Source: Promethearchaeota archaeon
GTDB taxonomy: Archaea > Asgardarchaeota > Lokiarchaeia > Sigyniarchaeales > SOKP01
Reading direction: 5' to 3'
DNA: 18,549 bases
NCBI GenBank assembly: GCA_048938895.1
Contig: JBHLLU010000067.1
Coordinates: 1 to 18,549, forward strand
Below are positions 15,752 through 18,549 of the stretch, piece by piece. Numbering within the stretch: position 1 is the first letter of the stretch; each line of letters opens with the position of its first letter. Made by a program: the position numbers and the translations under genes. The notes beneath the pieces are model-generated. The model did not search any database. It was not told the origin of the DNA and was given only the letters and a program-made list of their open reading frames with translations.

Positions 15752-16621
15752 TTATTTTCTTTTCATAATAACATAAATAACGCAAAATATAGCTCCAAAA
15801 CTGATACCCAAAAGGATTGGAATCTCAAAGCCTGGTATTTGAGCTTTAGATGGAAGAGATACTTCAAACTGATAAATTGTTGCACTTTCATTATCCTTTA
15901 AAGTATATCTTATAAATGCTCCATAAACACTGTCATATTCCCAAGTTGCACTATAATCATTAATAAAAACAAGTCCATCAGGTGGACCATCATATGTGAT
16001 TTCTAATCCGCTAACAGACCAATTTTCATCCCAAATCATATCAGCCAAGTAATCTGCGGCATCTACTGGTAATTGAGTAAGATAATCAGCAGCCGCGTGA
16101 TACTGTAAAGTACCAAGATCCTGCCAAATAGCATACATAGAAACATTCATTCCAGGTACAAATACTGGACCAGGAATATAATAACCAAGACCGCATAATA
16201 TTTGAAGATGAGACGGATTGTATAGTGTGGTAACATTAATAGCGGCAATATCTGGTGTATTACTAAATGAACCAGCAGTCCAATCCCAGTATTTTGTTTC
16301 TACTATAAATGCATTCATATCCCCAGCACCTACATTAATCGTTTCGTTTGGATATACACCAATTATTACTGCTTTATTTCTCGCTCCAGTAACATTACAT
16401 CCCACTCCAAAACTTGCTTCTAGACTATCACTCCAACTCGCACCCATGGTTTTAACCAAACCATCAGGATCTACAGTTGTAACTTTGAGTATTTTTGAAC
16501 CGCCTAAAGTAGCGGCACATTGAAATGTGGGGTATTGAGCCTTCGTAATTGGATTAATTGCAAAAATCATTAAAAAGAAAAATCCAATCACTAAATATTT
16601 TGATTTCTTCATAATTTTCAT
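15752..16621 (-). CDS. Exported surface protein with IPGF-TM-basic C-terminal sorting signal (PGF/Loki-CTERM type)
   Basis: Signal peptide MKKSKYLVIGFFFLMIFAINPITKA and C-terminus IPGFEIPILLGISFGAIFCVIYVIMKRK. Confidence 0.8.
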   Translation of the reverse strand: MKIMKKSKYLVIGFFFLMIFAINPITKAQYPTFQCAATLGGSKILKVTTVDPDGLVKTMGASWSDSLEASFGVGCNVTGARNKAVIIGVYPNETINVGAGDMNAFIVETKYWDWTAGSFSNTPDIAAINVTTLYNPSHLQILCGLGYYIPGPVFVPGMNVSMYAIWQDLGTLQYHAAADYLTQLPVDAADYLADMIWDENWSVSGLEITYDGPPDGLVFINDYSATWEYDSVYGAFIRYTLKDNESATIYQFEVSLPSKAQIPGFEIPILLGISFGAIFCVIYVIMKRK

Positions 16622-16797
16622 CTAATTTTTTTTGATCAGTAATTATTAATAGATTTAACGATTGATATTATTATTATATGAATATATAAATGTTATTCAA
16701 TAATTCAAGGATTCTATATAATAATCTGTTAAGAACGAATAATTAAGTTATAATTGATTAATATATTTAATATAAGATTTTAATTTTTGATACAATA

Positions 16798-17574
16798 ATG
16801 GAATATTACTCCTCCGAAAAAGATTTTAAAATTGCCTATGATATAAGTGGTGATGAGAGTAAACCGAAAATGGTTTTAATTCATGGCCTTTTTTTAAATA
16901 GTGATTGTTGGCGAGATCAGCTTCCAATATTGAGAAAAGATTTCTATATACTTCGTTATGATCTTAGAGGTCATGGAAGAACCACAAAACCAAAAAAAAG
17001 ATTTACAATAAGAAATTATGTTGATGATTTATACGCCTTACTTAATCATTTAGATTGGATAAGAGATTTATATTTAGTTGGACATTCATTGGGAGGCATG
17101 ATAGCCTTAGTTTATGGACTTGAGAACCCATCTCAAGTAAAAAAGATGGTAGTTGCAGATAGTTTTTGCTTTATTAGTCAAGAAGCGATTACCGATGTCT
17201 TAGGAAGGATTAACAGTAGTAAATTGGAAAAATTTGCGCTTGGAATTAGTATAAGAGGATTAAGTCCCTATAATGAAGAAACAGCTCAATTTGTAGCTAG
17301 ATTAGTTACAGATCATATGAACAAAAATGATTGCTTGAGAGCAACTGCTGCTTCAGCAGGTTTCAATATATGTGAAAATTTGAAATCCCTCCAAATTCCG
17401 GTTCTTGTTTTAGTAGGAAAGAAAGACATAACTACTCCAGTATGGGCCAGTGAAATGATCCATGAATGGTTACCTCAATCAGAATTAGTTATTCTACCTG
17501 ATGCAGGACATTTAACCATTTTTGATCATGCAAGACAATTTAATGAACTAACACTCTCTTTTTGGAAAAAATAA
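16798..17574 (+). CDS. Alpha/beta hydrolase (PcaD enol-lactonase/esterase-like)
   Basis: LIHGL oxyanion loop, YDLRGHG, nucleophile elbow GHSLGG, acid in GKKDITTP and His in AGHL. Confidence 0.9.
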   Translation: MEYYSSEKDFKIAYDISGDESKPKMVLIHGLFLNSDCWRDQLPILRKDFYILRYDLRGHGRTTKPKKRFTIRNYVDDLYALLNHLDWIRDLYLVGHSLGGMIALVYGLENPSQVKKMVVADSFCFISQEAITDVLGRINSSKLEKFALGISIRGLSPYNEETAQFVARLVTDHMNKNDCLRATAASAGFNICENLKSLQIPVLVLVGKKDITTPVWASEMIHEWLPQSELVILPDAGHLTIFDHARQFNELTLSFWKK

Positions 17575-17616
17575 AATAATATTAACTTTTTGTATTAACT
17601 ATTTTTCAATATAATT

Positions 17617-18549
17617 TTAACCCCATTTGATCACACCAGCATTCCAAGCCCACCCTATTCCTGCTGACACAATTACAACAATATTTCCAGCTTTAATTTT
17701 CCCATTTCGAACCCCATATTCAATAGAAATAATTCCATCATTTTGACCATTGTGACCAATATCTTCAAAATATGTAGATTGAGTATAAGGATTCACACCT
17801 ACAGTTTTTGCTACATACTCAAATGCACTTCTTTTCATATGAAGAAGAGCTAAGTAATCTATATCCTCCCTTGTATAACGACTTTGTTTTAAAGCTTGAT
17901 CGATTACTTCTACAAATGAAGTCATAGAATATTTATCTAATCGTTCTTTTAAGCCTTCAGGATCTGGAACATCTAAATATATTAAATCCTCCTCAAGCGC
18001 TTTTACTGTAAGTGGTTCAATTGTACCTCCTGCAGGAACGTATACATCATCTACAAAACGTCCATCTGTAATCGCACTAATACCTAAAATTTTATTTTTA
18101 TTATAATCTCCTCGAATTATTGCGGCAACTCCACTAGCAGCTAAGCTAATCATAAACCTGGAACGAGGATTTTTATAGTTAATTAAATCACAATTTCTAT
18201 AACCGCTTGCTACCAAAATTCTTTCTATTTTTGGATGCGTTTGAATTAAACTTTTTCCTATCATTAATCCAACCAAAAATGTTCCACATCGTTGATTTAC
18301 ATCAAAAGCCCATGCTTTCAATGGATTTCCCAATAATTGTTGCAATTTTATCCCATTTACTACCAATGGATGTTCAGCATAGACTTCTCCAGCCCAAATT
18401 ATTACGTCAAGATCATCAGGAGTTAAATTTGCTCTGTTTAGTGCTTGAATACTTGCTTTTGCACCCATAGCCACAGTGTGGTCTTCTAAACTGGGGATAC
18501 TTTTACTTTTAAGACCAAACTTCTCTTCAATAATATCTTTTGGAATTCC
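17617..18549 (-). CDS. 3-oxoacyl-ACP/CoA synthase III (FabH-like) family protein, 5' end outside the window
   Basis: The frame stays open beyond the track start to the edge (GIPKDIIEEKFGLKSKSIPSLEDHTVAMGAKAS...). Catalytic Cys in DVNQRCGT, His in LLHMKRSA, GHNGQND, and C-terminal SAGIGWAW. Confidence 0.88.
   Translation of the reverse strand, partial: GIPKDIIEEKFGLKSKSIPSLEDHTVAMGAKASIQALNRANLTPDDLDVIIWAGEVYAEHPLVVNGIKLQQLLGNPLKAWAFDVNQRCGTFLVGLMIGKSLIQTHPKIERILVASGYRNCDLINYKNPRSRFMISLAASGVAAIIRGDYNKNKILGISAITDGRFVDDVYVPAGGTIEPLTVKALEEDLIYLDVPDPEGLKERLDKYSMTSFVEVIDQALKQSRYTREDIDYLALLHMKRSAFEYVAKTVGVNPYTQSTYFEDIGHNGQNDGIISIEYGVRNGKIKAGNIVVIVSAGIGWAWNAGVIKWG

Noticed and set aside
16622-16797. 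Extremely AT-rich 176-bp divergent intergenic region as possible origin or ncRNA
   Set aside because: No ORB-like G-string repeats, no GC-rich stems and no adjacent orc1/cdc6; it is consistent with ordinary divergent promoters.
9614-18470. Short plus-strand ORFs at 9614-9805, 16218-16523 and 18207-18470
   Set aside because: Antisense shadows of longer supported CDS.

Overview
A very AT-rich, gene-dense window that is most likely from an Asgard archaeon of the Lokiarchaeia type. This is inferred from an Arf/Rag-like small GTPase, two longin-type domains, an IPGF-TM-basic C-terminal sorting signal, PAC2 and DUF2070 genes, and archaeal TATA/oligo-T signals. It holds 15 likely CDS. Two are cut by the window edges: a Pol-beta-type nucleotidyltransferase at the left edge that the ORF track misses, and a FabH-like condensing enzyme at the right edge. 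Lipid and acyl-CoA metabolism genes (FadH-like reductase, DUF2070, DRE-TIM synthase, alpha/beta hydrolase, KAS III-like enzyme) flank a central block at about 7.2-13.5 kb. That block contains a stand-alone 7TM protein, a small GTPase translationally coupled to a uDENN/longin-like (NPRL2/C9orf72-like motif) plus winged-helix protein, and a 1121-aa single-pass receptor-like protein with a cytoplasmic longin domain. It is the best candidate for an undescribed membrane-to-GTPase-to-DNA signalling system. I saw no rRNA, tRNA, CRISPR array or mobile element. All family assignments come from motif recognition by eye, without database searches.
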